A stretch of 64,000 bases of DNA from the NCBI GenBank assembly GCA_963678315.1, contig OY782781.1, positions 256,001 through 320,000 on the forward strand. The letters run 5' to 3'. The notes below the pieces were generated by a model, which saw only the letters and a list, made by a program, of their open reading frames with translations, was not told where the DNA came from and made no database searches. This DNA comes from Candidatus Cloacimonadales bacterium. Lineage in GTDB: Bacteria > Cloacimonadota > Cloacimonadia > Cloacimonadales > JAFGVF01. The position numbers were made by a program, and so were the translations under genes. Each line of letters begins with the position of its first letter. Position 1 is the first letter of the stretch. Shown here one piece after another: positions 28,579 to 39,350 of the stretch.

Positions 28579-31500
28579 CTATTTCATAAGAATCATTTTC
28601 TTAGTTTTACTAAATTTACCAGATCTCATTTTGTAGAAATAAACACCTGAAGCAACGTTTCTGTTGTTGTCATTTTGGCCATTCCAAACAACAGTGTGGT
28701 TACCTTGTGATTTTACATCATTAACAAGAGTCTTAACTTTTTGTCCTAAGATATTATAAACATCGATAGAAACTTTACCAGCTTTTTCAACAGAGTAACT
28801 AATAGTAGTTTCAGGGTTGAATGGGTTAGGGTAGTTACTATTTAAGTTTGTAGTATAGATAGGTGCTTGGTCTCCTGTGTTAGGTGTTCCATTTGGAGCT
28901 ACAACAGTAAGATCATCAACCATGAAGATAAATGCATCATTAGATACACATTGGATTGCGATTCTGATTGAAGAATTTGCATAAGCAGATAAGTCATAGC
29001 TAAATGAAGTCCAGTTAAGAGGAGCTTCTGTATAAGTAGCACCTGAGATTGAAGTGAAGTCATCAGGGTTAGTTGAACCGTCAGAAACTAGAACATTAAA
29101 TCTTTCTGCACCGTAATCAGTTGTTTGTGATTTAGCCATAAAGCTGAATGTACCAGCGTCAGCTAGTTCAATAACAGGAGTCATCATCCAATCATCATTT
29201 TGAGTTGAAGGAGACATAGCAGCAAAACAAGCAGCATATTTATCACCTGAGTTAGGAGTGAAAGAATCACCTTCGATTGCAGGTTCAGTTGAACTTGGAT
29301 TAAATACGATATAAGACATCATTTCACCTGTGTGAGGGAATGTAGTGCCTTGGAAACCATAAGTTGCATTTAAGTCATTATCAACTAAAGTTAATGATCC
29401 CATTTCAAGAGAGAAATCATCAAAGCTTTCAAAGTCAACACTAAGTAATGCATCACCTGAAACAACATTAACTGTTGCAGATACTGTGTTAGAAGCTTCA
29501 GATTCTTGAGTATCATACATTGCAGTTACATAGTATTCGTAAGTACCGTTTTCTAGGTCTGCATCTGTATAAGTAAGAGTTGTAGCATCAACTTCAGCAA
29601 TATTAACACCATCTTTATAGATAACATAAGCTGTTACGTCTCTAGTAACAAGAGATGCTTTAGCAACTGATGTCATAGGGATATAAGAAGCTTCGTTAGC
29701 GTCTCTTTTTAATGATTGATTACTTGTAGCAACAACATTATTTACTGAAGGAGCGTTAACAGCTTTGCTTACAGCAGTAACTTCTGAAGAACGTAATGCT
29801 CTTCCACCAATATTTACATTATCAATAAATGTTGTATACCATAAACCTGCACCATCACCATCAACACATTGCCATGCGATTTTAACTGATTGACCAGCGT
29901 AAGCTGAAAGATCAATTGAGATAGGTGTATCATAATGGTTGTCAGCTTCTGGAAGATCTGTTGCATTCCATAAAGCAGTCCATGTTGAACCAGCATCAGT
30001 AGAAATTTTCACAAAATAGTTATCACCATAAGTAGAACCATTATGACCGTAGAAGTCAAATGTTAAGTTACCTTCAGGAGCAGTAAGTTCATTAGTAATT
30101 AACCATTCATCTTGTGCTGAGTAATCCCAACCACATTTAGCTTGGAAAGAACCTTCTGTAGGAACTACATCACCATCTGAGAATGATACAGTTTCAACTT
30201 GTTCCCAAGTAGCAGTTGTGTTAGTATTATTTATAGTCCAATCTGTAGGAGGGAAAGCATTTTCAAAGCTTTCAGTAGTACCTTCAGGAATTTCAGTTCC
30301 AGGAGCTAACCAGTTAAGAGTAACATCAGCTTCATTCACTGAAGCAGTTAAGTTAACAGGAGCATCAACTTCGATTGGATCTACTTCTACTGTAGCAGTA
30401 GCTACGTTAGAAGCAGGAGATGTACCTTCATCATAAACAGCTTTAACAGTGTATTCATAAGTACCATCAGCTAAGTCAGCATCTATATATGTTAATGCTG
30501 TAACAGTTGTAACAAGAGCATTGTCACGATAGATTTCGTAACCTGTAAGGTCTCTAGTTCTTCTAGCAGTAGAAATTATCACGTTATCGATTAAAGTAGT
30601 AGAAGCTAAACCTGTAGTTTGAGCACAGTGCCAAGCAACTTTAACATCACCAGTATAAGCAGATAAGTCAATAGTTACAGGAGCAGTGTAATCATAAGTT
30701 TCATCAGCAACAGGGTGCCATACTTCAGTCCATGTAGTACCATTATCTGTAGATACTTTAACTTTATAGTTTTCAACATCAGCAGGATCATAACCACCGT
30801 GTAAGTCGAATGACAATGTAACTGGGTTACTGATTGCAGGTGTGATTAACCATTCATCTTGAGCACCAGACTCTACATAATCTAAACAAGCTTGGTGTGT
30901 ACCATCAGTTGGTTCTGTAATTAGGATACCCATGCCCATAAGATCATAGTTTTCAATTTGTTCCCAAGTTGTTTCATTTGTGCTATTAACTTCCCAACCA
31001 GCAGGAGGGAATTCACCTTCGAAGCTTTCTGTAAGTCCAGCTGGTTCATCACCACCTGTAACAGGAGCTTCCCAAGTAAGAGTTACATTAGCACCGTCAA
31101 CAACAGCAGCTAAGTTAGTTGGAGCAGCAAGCTCATTTCCACCAGTAACAACAGTAGCTGTAGCAACGTTAGAAGCAGCAGAAGTACCTTCAGCATAAAC
31201 AGCTTTTACTGTGTATTCGTAAGTACCATCAGCTAAGTCAGCATCTGTATAAGTTAATTCAGTAACAGTAGCTAAGTCAGCACCATCTTTGAATAAGTTA
31301 TATTCAGTAACAGTATATTCATCAGAAACAGGAGCTGTCCATGTAAGAACAACATCACTTTCATTAACTGTAGCAGCTAAATCAGTAACAACAGGTAATG
31401 GAGTAACAGCTGAACCGAAAGTAAATACTGTGTTAGGGATGAATGCTTTCAAAACACCATCAACGGGAGCAAATGGATCAACATCAGTGTTATCAACTGA

Positions 31501-33594
31501 TTTCACTAATGATGAGTTAACTTCAGAAGCGTAAGCGAAGAATTCATCAGCACTTAATGAGTAACCATCAGTGTTTTCATCAAAAGCAACAACTAAGTTA
31601 GATGAACCATTATATTCGAATGGTGTATCTAAAGTAACATTAACCCAGCCTTCAGCTGCAGGTGCAGTAAAAGTACCACTATATGAAAGAGTTAAACTGT
31701 TTGCATCAATCCAACTTGATGCTTCAGCGAACTCATTAAGATCAGTTGTACCGATATAGATATCGATTTCAGGAGCTAAAGCTGAGTTACCATTATATTG
31801 GTAAGCGATAGCTTCAATAGTTCCAGCTGTACCGATTTGATCTGCTGGATAAATAACTTGTGAGTAGTTATAATCAAAGAATGGGTCCATAGGAAGTTTA
31901 GTGTCAACGTCTTGGCCTAAACCTGTTAAAACACTACCTTCACCTGGTTGTGTAGCAAATGAGAATACTTCTGAATCTACAGCATAGTTATCATCATTCT
32001 TAGCTACAACTTTCCAGAAGTAAGTTGATAAGTTATCAAGGTCTGCTACTTCATAAGTAGTAACATTTTGAGAATCAACAACTTTTGCAGATTCAACATT
32101 AGCTTCTACATCAGCTGCGTTATTAGAGAAATAAACATCAACATTAGTTGTGTTTTCATTAAGAGTCCATTCTAAAGAAGTAGCTAAACCATCAATAATT
32201 GTACCATTAACAGGAGCTGTTAAAGTAGCAGCAACTGGTTCATTAGCAGGAATTTCTTCAAATAATACATTATCAATATAGATAGATCTATAAGTTCCAT
32301 TAACACCATGTTTGAAAGCATATCTACTTTCACCAGCAGTTAATGCAACTGTATATTCAGCCCATTCGTTTGTGATATCAATAGTTTCAATTGCAGTAAA
32401 TGTTGAAGCATCCGCTACATCACTAATAGTACCCAATATAATTTGGTTTCCATCAGCTGTTGAAGTAGTTTTTGCCATGAAGATAACTCTTGCATCTGTT
32501 CCATCTAATAATGGAGTAACTGCAAGAAGTTCAGCTTCTTCATCACCAACGTTGTATAATTTTACACCATTAGAAGATTCGTAACCAGCAGATGTACTTA
32601 CACCAACTTCAGCACTTGTACTTGTACTGTTTTTAACTGATGCCCAACCTAAAGGTAATTGTGATGAAGCAACTTCTTCGAAGTCATAAGTCACAGGAAG
32701 AGTGATTTCACCAACTTCTGTAGTGAATGACCATACTGAAGATGTAGCTGTTAAATTAGAAACATTGTTATTCGCAACAACTTTCCAGAAGTATGTAGTA
32801 GCATATTCTAAGTTGAAGTCATAAGATTCAACTAATTGATCATCTACAACTTTTGCTGAAGCTTCGTTATTAACGACATCTTCTTCGTTTGCAGATAAGT
32901 AAACATCAACTGAAGTTGTATAATCATTATTTGTCCAAGTTAAAGAACCAGCAATAGCATTTTCTGCTGAGAAATTAACTGGTGTAGCTAATGAAGCAGC
33001 AACAGGTTCATTTTCTACAGTATATACTAATCTAGTATTAGGATGGAATGATTGAAGTGTACCAACTGCTTCAGGGAATGAAGAATCTTGGTATTTGTAA
33101 GCTGATCTGCTATTATCTGTAGCAGTCTTTTTAAACACTGGGTAACCAGAAGCATAACTTGCATCTCTGTTTTCCCATAAGATTTCAAGGTTTGAAGTAC
33201 CATCATATTCAAATGGTGTGTCGAAAGTAACACCTTGCCAGCCTGAACCATCCCAAACTACATCACCTTCAAATACAAGTGTGTAATCATACATTTCAGG
33301 GAATGGGTAAGCAACAGTAACTGAATCAGTAGTAACTGCCTTTACATAAACTTTTTGTGTTAAAGATTGATAGTTATTACAGTCGTTTGAAACATCAAAT
33401 TCGATACCACTAATTGAAAGTGATTGACCAATTTGATCAGCTGTAAGAACAAATGTAGACCAAGAATAATCATAGTAACCATAAAGTGGTACATAGTTAG
33501 TAGTTTCTGTACCGTCTCCGATTTCAACAAAAGCTGCAAATGATGACGTAATGGCCAAAAGAGCCATCATAAGCACAATAATTGTCTTTTTCAT
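28579..33594 (-). CDS. Large secreted adhesin-like protein: FN3 modules, cleaved-adhesin (choice-of-anchor J-like) domains, FlgD-type CTD
   Basis: Signal peptide; ESFE..FPP.W...QDEWLIT domains; YEYTVKAVY FN3 repeats; NYPNPFNPETTI...KKMILMK. Confidence 0.85.
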   Translation of the reverse strand: MKKTIIVLMMALLAITSSFAAFVEIGDGTETTNYVPLYGYYDYSWSTFVLTADQIGQSLSISGIEFDVSNDCNNYQSLTQKVYVKAVTTDSVTVAYPFPEMYDYTLVFEGDVVWDGSGWQGVTFDTPFEYDGTSNLEILWENRDASYASGYPVFKKTATDNSRSAYKYQDSSFPEAVGTLQSFHPNTRLVYTVENEPVAASLATPVNFSAENAIAGSLTWTNNDYTTSVDVYLSANEEDVVNNEASAKVVDDQLVESYDFNLEYATTYFWKVVANNNVSNLTATSSVWSFTTEVGEITLPVTYDFEEVASSQLPLGWASVKNSTSTSAEVGVSTSAGYESSNGVKLYNVGDEEAELLAVTPLLDGTDARVIFMAKTTSTADGNQIILGTISDVADASTFTAIETIDITNEWAEYTVALTAGESRYAFKHGVNGTYRSIYIDNVLFEEIPANEPVAATLTAPVNGTIIDGLATSLEWTLNENTTNVDVYFSNNAADVEANVESAKVVDSQNVTTYEVADLDNLSTYFWKVVAKNDDNYAVDSEVFSFATQPGEGSVLTGLGQDVDTKLPMDPFFDYNYSQVIYPADQIGTAGTIEAIAYQYNGNSALAPEIDIYIGTTDLNEFAEASSWIDANSLTLSYSGTFTAPAAEGWVNVTLDTPFEYNGSSNLVVAFDENTDGYSLSADEFFAYASEVNSSLVKSVDNTDVDPFAPVDGVLKAFIPNTVFTFGSAVTPLPVVTDLAATVNESDVVLTWTAPVSDEYTVTEYNLFKDGADLATVTELTYTDADLADGTYEYTVKAVYAEGTSAASNVATATVVTGGNELAAPTNLAAVVDGANVTLTWEAPVTGGDEPAGLTESFEGEFPPAGWEVNSTNETTWEQIENYDLMGMGILITEPTDGTHQACLDYVESGAQDEWLITPAISNPVTLSFDLHGGYDPADVENYKVKVSTDNGTTWTEVWHPVADETYDYTAPVTIDLSAYTGDVKVAWHCAQTTGLASTTLIDNVIISTARRTRDLTGYEIYRDNALVTTVTALTYIDADLADGTYEYTVKAVYDEGTSPASNVATATVEVDPIEVDAPVNLTASVNEADVTLNWLAPGTEIPEGTTESFENAFPPTDWTINNTNTTATWEQVETVSFSDGDVVPTEGSFQAKCGWDYSAQDEWLITNELTAPEGNLTFDFYGHNGSTYGDNYFVKISTDAGSTWTALWNATDLPEADNHYDTPISIDLSAYAGQSVKIAWQCVDGDGAGLWYTTFIDNVNIGGRALRSSEVTAVSKAVNAPSVNNVVATSNQSLKRDANEASYIPMTSVAKASLVTRDVTAYVIYKDGVNIAEVDATTLTYTDADLENGTYEYYVTAMYDTQESEASNTVSATVNVVSGDALLSVDFESFDDFSLEMGSLTLVDNDLNATYGFQGTTFPHTGEMMSYIVFNPSSTEPAIEGDSFTPNSGDKYAACFAAMSPSTQNDDWMMTPVIELADAGTFSFMAKSQTTDYGAERFNVLVSDGSTNPDDFTSISGATYTEAPLNWTSFSYDLSAYANSSIRIAIQCVSNDAFIFMVDDLTVVAPNGTPNTGDQAPIYTTNLNSNYPNPFNPETTISYSVEKAGKVSIDVYNILGQKVKTLVNDVKSQGNHTVVWNGQNDNNRNVASGVYFYKMRSGKFSKTKKMILMK

Positions 33595-33836
33595 AACATG
33601 TTCTCCTTAATTAATTTTTAGGCATAAGCCTATTTTAGCATGTGGGTCAAACTTAGAGTTATCATTTACTGTGTCAACTACAAAGTGCTAACACAATTGA
33701 CACCATGTAAAAAGTATTGATAAAACACACTTTATAAGCTACTACTTATTAGTGCATTTACTGTTCCATTAAGTATTGAAAACAACTGGATTGTTAAACC
33801 TAACCTACAGGATGCATAAGCAATATTCGTGAAACA

Positions 33837-33866
33837 AGAAAAGGCTGACACAAGGTCAGCCTTCTT
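33837..33866 (-). terminator. Terminator between the two adhesin paralogues
   Basis: AAGGCTGAC-ACAAG-GTCAGCCTT hairpin with A-rich flank. Confidence 0.65.
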
Positions 33867-33897
33867 TATTAATATTCGATTACAAATTAGAATGATA

Positions 33898-36800
33898 CTA
33901 TTTCATAAGAATCATTTTCTTAGTTGAAGAATACTTTCCTGATTTCATTCTGTAGAAGAATACACCAGAAGCAACATTCTTACCATTATCATTTTGACCA
34001 TTCCAAACAACAGTATGGTTACCAGCTTCCATGTTATCATTTACAAGAGTTCTAACTTTTTGACCCTTAACATTGAAGATATCAATAGAAACAGGACCGT
34101 TTTCTTTTGTTGAGAAAGCGATAGTAGTTTCAGGGTTGAATGGGTTAGGATAGTTACCTTGTAACATTGAAACAGCAGGAACTTCGTTATTAACTGTAGG
34201 TGTTCCACCTGGTGCATTGATTGCAACATCATCAACCATGAAGATGAATGCATCATTAGATACACATTGGATTGCTAATCTGATTGAAGAGTTAGCATAA
34301 GCTGATAAGTCATAAGAGAAGTTAGTCCAAGCAAGTGGAGCTTCAGTATATGTTACACCAGAGATTGAAGTAAAGTCGTCTGGATTAGTTGAACCGTCAG
34401 AAACAAGAACGTTAAATCTTTCTGCACCGTAATCATGAGTATATGATTTAGCCATAAAGCTGAATGAACCACCAGCAGCTAGTTCGATAACTGGAGTCAT
34501 CATCCAATCATCGTTTTGAGTTGAAGGAGACATAGCAGCAAAACAAGCAGCATACTTTTCACCAGTGTTAGCTAAGAAAGCTGCATCATCAAGTACTGGA
34601 GTAGTTGAGTTTGGATTAAATACTATATAAGCCATCATAGCACCTGTATTAGGGAAAGTAGTACCTTGGAAGCCATAAGTAGCATTTAAGTCATTATCAA
34701 CTAGAGTCCATGGTGCCATTTCAAGTGCAAAGTCATCATAAGATTCGAATGAATCTTGCAATATGTATTCTGCGTTAGCAATAGTTGCTGAAGCTGTATT
34801 AGAAGCTTCAGATTCTTCTGCTCCATACATTGCAGTTACATAGTATTCATAAGTACCTTCAGCAAGGTCAGCATCTGTATAAGTTAATGTAGAAGCATCA
34901 ACGTCCATTAAGAATGTACCATCTTTATAGATTTTGTATCCAGTTAATTCTCTATCGATACGAGTAGTTTCAACTTTTTTAACTTTACTTACTGAAATTA
35001 ATTTAGTTCCAGGAATTCTGATTTCGTTTCTTCCATCACTCATAACTACGTTATCGATGAAAGTAGTCCACCAAAGACCTTGACCATCGCCATCTACACA
35101 TTGCCATGCAACATTGATAGTTTCAGAAGCATAAGCTGATAGGTCGATAGTTATTGGAGTATCAAAGTGGTTAGCACCTTCAGGTTCATCAGAAGCATTC
35201 CAGAGTGCAGTCCAGTTGTTTCCACCATCAGTAGAAACTTTCACATAATAATTATCGCCTTCAGTAGAACCATATTGACCGTAGAAGTCAAATGTCATTG
35301 AAGAAACATTAGCAACAGCAGGAGTAATTAACCATTCATCTTGAGCTGAGTAATCCCAACCACACATAGCTTGGTAAGTACCGTCAGTAGGCACAACATC
35401 ACCATCAGTGAATGTTACAGTTTCAACTTGTTCCCAAGTTTTTGTAGTATTAGTTTGAACGTTAGTCCAATCTGTTGGAGGGAATTCACCTTCGAAGCTT
35501 TCAGCACTTGGATCTGATGGTTGAGCTGGAGCAGACCAGTTAAGAACAATATCATCATCCATAGCAGCAGCAGTTAAGTTTGCAGGAGGAAGAATTTCTT
35601 CTTCTTCAGCTAAAGTAACAGTAGCAGTGTTTGAAGGTTCAGCGTTTGCTTCAGTATATGTAGCAATCACATAATATTCATAAGTACCATATTCAAGACC
35701 AGCATCAGTGTATGTAAGAACATCAGCACCAACAGTAGTTAACATAGCACCATCTTTATATATTTCATAACCAGTTAAATCTCTTGTATAAGCAGATGCA
35801 TATTCCATTCTAAGTTGTGATTGGAATCTAGATACGAATCTTCTTTCAGCAGGAGCATCCCAGTTAAGTTCAACATCCATTTCATTAACAACTTCAGCTG
35901 TTAAGTTTTGAGCTGGGTTATAAACTGGAGGAGCTGTATCAATAACTACAGATACAAGGTTTGTAGGGTTAGATTCATCTGTTCCATAAAGAGCAGTAAC
36001 TTTATATTCATAAGAACCGTCATTAAGGTCAGCATCAACATAAGTTGTATCAGCTGCGCCCATAACTGAAGTAATTATTGTACTATTTCTATAAATATTG
36101 TATCCAGTAATTTCTATTGGATCTCTATACATAACTCTTCCACCACCAATCATACCTTGGATTGAGAAGTTTCTGTCATATACTGCACCAAGTGTTGAAG
36201 CTGAGCCCCATGCGTTCATATACATGTAGATGTCACCTTTACCAGCTACAGCAGGACCAGCGTCCATACCAATAGGGTAACCGTTAGGAGTATCTGCATG
36301 AATACCAATCCATAATTCTTGAGAAGCATCAATTGTTAAAGGAGTAGCCATTTCAAGAATATTCCATTCATTAATAGCAATACCTTCAGCAGCTTGTGTA
36401 AATACTTCTGTACCTGGATTGAAAGTAGTTCCATCAGAAGAACCACCAGTCCATACTTTTACAGTATAAGTAGCATCAGCAACTCTAGGGAAGAATCTAA
36501 CTTTAGAAAGCATAGAACCATCATAAGAAGCTAAATCATCAGTATCGAATCTGATAGCACCAACAAGTTCAGCAGCTGAGCCAATACCGAAACCATCATT
36601 ATTAACGCCATCACCATAATACATCCATGTACCTTCATCTTCAGGAAGGATAGGCATATTCCATGATAAATTAACATTAACATCATCAACTACTTCTGCC
36701 ATTAAGTTAGATGGAGCAGGGAATTCTTCAACCACTTCATCACCAAAGTTAAAGATAACATTAGGAATAGCAGCTTTCAATATTCCAGTTGGAGGATCCA

Positions 36801-38154
36801 TTGGATCAGGATTATTTGAGTCACTTCTAAAAGTAATTGATTTACCATTAGCAGCTTCTGAACAGTAGAATTCATCTGAGCTTGAGTGATAACCTGCTGT
36901 ATTTTCTTCAACAGCAACTAATAAGTTTTGAGTATTATCATAATTAAAAGGTGTATCTAGTTCAATTTGCACCCAGCCATCAACAGCTTCTACTGATAAT
37001 GCACCTTCATAAACAAGAGTTAACTGGTCATAAGCTACCCAGCTTTCAGTTGTTTCAAAAGTATCAATTTCAGTAGTGGCCATATAAACAGCTATTGTAT
37101 CAGGACCCCAAGCAGAATTACCATTATAATGCCATGCTAAACTTGTGATAGCACCATTAGTATTGATATCTTCTTGGTTATAAATTGATTGTGAATATGT
37201 GAAGCCATAAAATGGTTCGATTGGTAAACTTTGGTTAGTTAATTCACCATAACCAACTTGTACAGTACCTTCAGGAAGAACTGTAGAGAAAGAAGATATT
37301 GGTGAAGCTACTTCAAAGTCTGCAGAAGATCTAGAAACAACTTTCCAATAATAGTTTGTCCATTCTTCTAATGAAGCAGAATAAGTTGTAACATTTTGAT
37401 TATCAACAACCATTGCAGAAGCATCCATTGTGTTAACCATTTCATAATCAGATGATAAGTATACATCAACAGCAACTGTATTTTCACCCATTTCCCATGA
37501 AAGATCTGTAGCAAGAGCAACATCAGTTGCACCATCAATAGGAGCAATCATTGTTACAGGAGTAGGTTCATCAGCAACTGCATAACCTAATCTAGTATTA
37601 GGATAATACATAACGTTTGTTCCATCAATAGCAGGGAAATCATTATCAGCATATTTGTAAGCTGCAACGTTAGTTTCAACATCTGTTTTTAAAACGTTAG
37701 GGTAACCTGTTGAATAAGATCCATCTCTGTTTTCCCAAACGATTTGAAGATTAGATGTACCGTCATAAGCAAATGGAGTATCAAAGAATACACCTTGCCA
37801 TCCACCACCATTATATGTGATTGAACCATCAAATACTAATGTGAAGCCATTAGTTTCTGGTGCTGGATATGCTACAGCAACTTCAGTTTCTGTAACTAAT
37901 TTTAAATATAATTTTTGATCAACCATTTCATAGTTAGCAGGAGTATTTCCTACATTGAATTGAATTTGATTAATTTCAATTGCGTCTCCGATTTGATCAG
38001 AGGTTAAGATATAGTTTGACCAACTATTGTCATAATATCCATAAGATGGGAAATAGTTAGTTGTGGTAGTACCATCTCCAATTTCCACAAATAGTGAAAA
38101 CATAGATGTAAAAACAAAAAGCAAAGCTAAAATAGTTAGCGTTTTCTTTTTCAT
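33898..38154 (-). CDS. Large secreted adhesin-like protein, paralogue of 28579-33594
   Basis: Same N-terminal FVEIGDGT domain, FN3 and cleaved-adhesin modules, CTD; ATG at 38154 after AAGGAG (ORF track starts at 38190). Confidence 0.85.
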   Translation of the reverse strand: MKKKTLTILALLFVFTSMFSLFVEIGDGTTTTNYFPSYGYYDNSWSNYILTSDQIGDAIEINQIQFNVGNTPANYEMVDQKLYLKLVTETEVAVAYPAPETNGFTLVFDGSITYNGGGWQGVFFDTPFAYDGTSNLQIVWENRDGSYSTGYPNVLKTDVETNVAAYKYADNDFPAIDGTNVMYYPNTRLGYAVADEPTPVTMIAPIDGATDVALATDLSWEMGENTVAVDVYLSSDYEMVNTMDASAMVVDNQNVTTYSASLEEWTNYYWKVVSRSSADFEVASPISSFSTVLPEGTVQVGYGELTNQSLPIEPFYGFTYSQSIYNQEDINTNGAITSLAWHYNGNSAWGPDTIAVYMATTEIDTFETTESWVAYDQLTLVYEGALSVEAVDGWVQIELDTPFNYDNTQNLLVAVEENTAGYHSSSDEFYCSEAANGKSITFRSDSNNPDPMDPPTGILKAAIPNVIFNFGDEVVEEFPAPSNLMAEVVDDVNVNLSWNMPILPEDEGTWMYYGDGVNNDGFGIGSAAELVGAIRFDTDDLASYDGSMLSKVRFFPRVADATYTVKVWTGGSSDGTTFNPGTEVFTQAAEGIAINEWNILEMATPLTIDASQELWIGIHADTPNGYPIGMDAGPAVAGKGDIYMYMNAWGSASTLGAVYDRNFSIQGMIGGGRVMYRDPIEITGYNIYRNSTIITSVMGAADTTYVDADLNDGSYEYKVTALYGTDESNPTNLVSVVIDTAPPVYNPAQNLTAEVVNEMDVELNWDAPAERRFVSRFQSQLRMEYASAYTRDLTGYEIYKDGAMLTTVGADVLTYTDAGLEYGTYEYYVIATYTEANAEPSNTATVTLAEEEEILPPANLTAAAMDDDIVLNWSAPAQPSDPSAESFEGEFPPTDWTNVQTNTTKTWEQVETVTFTDGDVVPTDGTYQAMCGWDYSAQDEWLITPAVANVSSMTFDFYGQYGSTEGDNYYVKVSTDGGNNWTALWNASDEPEGANHFDTPITIDLSAYASETINVAWQCVDGDGQGLWWTTFIDNVVMSDGRNEIRIPGTKLISVSKVKKVETTRIDRELTGYKIYKDGTFLMDVDASTLTYTDADLAEGTYEYYVTAMYGAEESEASNTASATIANAEYILQDSFESYDDFALEMAPWTLVDNDLNATYGFQGTTFPNTGAMMAYIVFNPNSTTPVLDDAAFLANTGEKYAACFAAMSPSTQNDDWMMTPVIELAAGGSFSFMAKSYTHDYGAERFNVLVSDGSTNPDDFTSISGVTYTEAPLAWTNFSYDLSAYANSSIRLAIQCVSNDAFIFMVDDVAINAPGGTPTVNNEVPAVSMLQGNYPNPFNPETTIAFSTKENGPVSIDIFNVKGQKVRTLVNDNMEAGNHTVVWNGQNDNGKNVASGVFFYRMKSGKYSSTKKMILMK

Positions 38155-38537
38155 TTGTAATTCTCCTTTTTCTGTGTTAAATTCTCTCATATTTAGTTAA
38201 ATCTTATTATTTAATCTAATCACTTTTTTCAAATTTACATTTTTCAAGAATTTTTGTCAAATAAAAATTGTTCATATATATAAAGAATATTAACCAAGTC
38301 ATCTCATATCATATTTAATTTATAAAAAATACTCTTTTATCGAATATAATTTGAAGTTCTGTAATTTTATAATTGGTTTTAAGTATACTTTAGTTACACT
38401 ATCTACACTTCGTATACATATTTATTTTATGTAGACAATTCTTACTGATAGATATTGACTTGTATTTAACTTTTGAGGATTACTATATAGTCATTTTAAT
38501 ATTGTTAAATATCTGATTATTAGTTTTTTATGAATAT

Positions 38538-38676
38538 AAAAAAAGGGGATTCCCATGTTTAAAATACCACCACACTATTTCAAACACAGTAAATCCCACA
38601 CTAAGCACATTTGAGAGAATTTAGCATCCGGGGAGAATGCTAATTGTAGTTTGGAGTGACAAACTCACAAAACTTC
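38538..38676 (-). ncRNA. Candidate sigma54-dependent small RNA (~140 nt)
   Basis: Two stem-loops with UCACUC and UCCCC loops, then a 21-bp terminator stem and U7; 5' end inferred from promoter spacing. Confidence 0.55.
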
Positions 38677-38686
38677 TTCTATGTAT

Positions 38687-38702
38687 TGCAAATATCGTTC
38701 CA
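38687..38702 (-). promoter_or_regulatory. Sigma54 (-24/-12) promoter
   Basis: Minus strand TGGAAC-GATAT-TTGCA versus consensus TGGCAC-N5-TTGCW. Confidence 0.6.
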
Positions 38703-38947
38703 AACCATTTCGATATTTTTATTTCAAATGTGTTTTTAGTCATCCTTTTTACTAAATTTTCTTAGACTTTTTGAAAATTATTTCTTGTGTTTTCATTTAA
38801 AATATTCAATTTTCAAGTATTTTTTTTAATCTTTTTTTCTTTAGCAAAGTGTGAAACTCTGCTTCTCTAGAGGTTAATCCTACACATGCCTCACTATTGA
38901 AATCATCGGCTCTGAAGAAATATGGACTTACAGGACACGACAAGGTT

Positions 38948-39189
38948 TTTGTGTAAGCATGAACTTCGTTCAACCTATCGGGGATGCTTACACTTCATTT
39001 TGAGAGACTTTTTTCCAAATGTCTCTACAAATTCACTTATCACTACGTTCTAAGTGAAGCCAGCGCGGAGGCTGGCGATCCCAGTATGTCCACCATGTCA
39101 CTAACTTCCAACTCTTAACTTCTAACTTCTAACTCCTAACTTACTGGTCTCCTTGAAAAATCGGCTTTTTTTCAAGGAGGCAAGTAAGG
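38948..39189. repeat. Third copy of composite REP element, with an internal heptamer tandem array
   Basis: Colinear with 28249-28466; (CTAACTT/C)-like units at about 39101-39142. Confidence 0.85.
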
Positions 39190-39350
39190 GTGTAGAGTGT
39201 TTCCAAAACCTCTCGAAAATGACTAAAAACTTCTAAAGGACAGATATATTAAAACATAATCAATTAATTGTTTGACAATTTGGCAATCAGAAGTTTTACT
39301 AATATTTTAGTCATTTAAATGCTATATTATACGATAAATAAGGATTTGCT

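Noticed and set aside
29814..34265. Many short ORFs antisense or out of frame within the adhesin genes (likewise within leuS, IS1182, exbB and the receptor gene)
   Set aside because: Shadow ORFs expected from strong codon bias; no independent RBS or motifs
28579..38154. Diversity-generating retroelement explanation for near-identical blocks
   Set aside because: No reverse transcriptase in the window; differences are largely synonymous and not adenine-specific
38538..38676. tRNA, or riboswitch leader for the downstream adhesin gene
   Set aside because: No cloverleaf or T-loop and no known aptamer core; strong terminator about 380 bp before a gene with its own TTGACA, so kept only as an sRNA candidate
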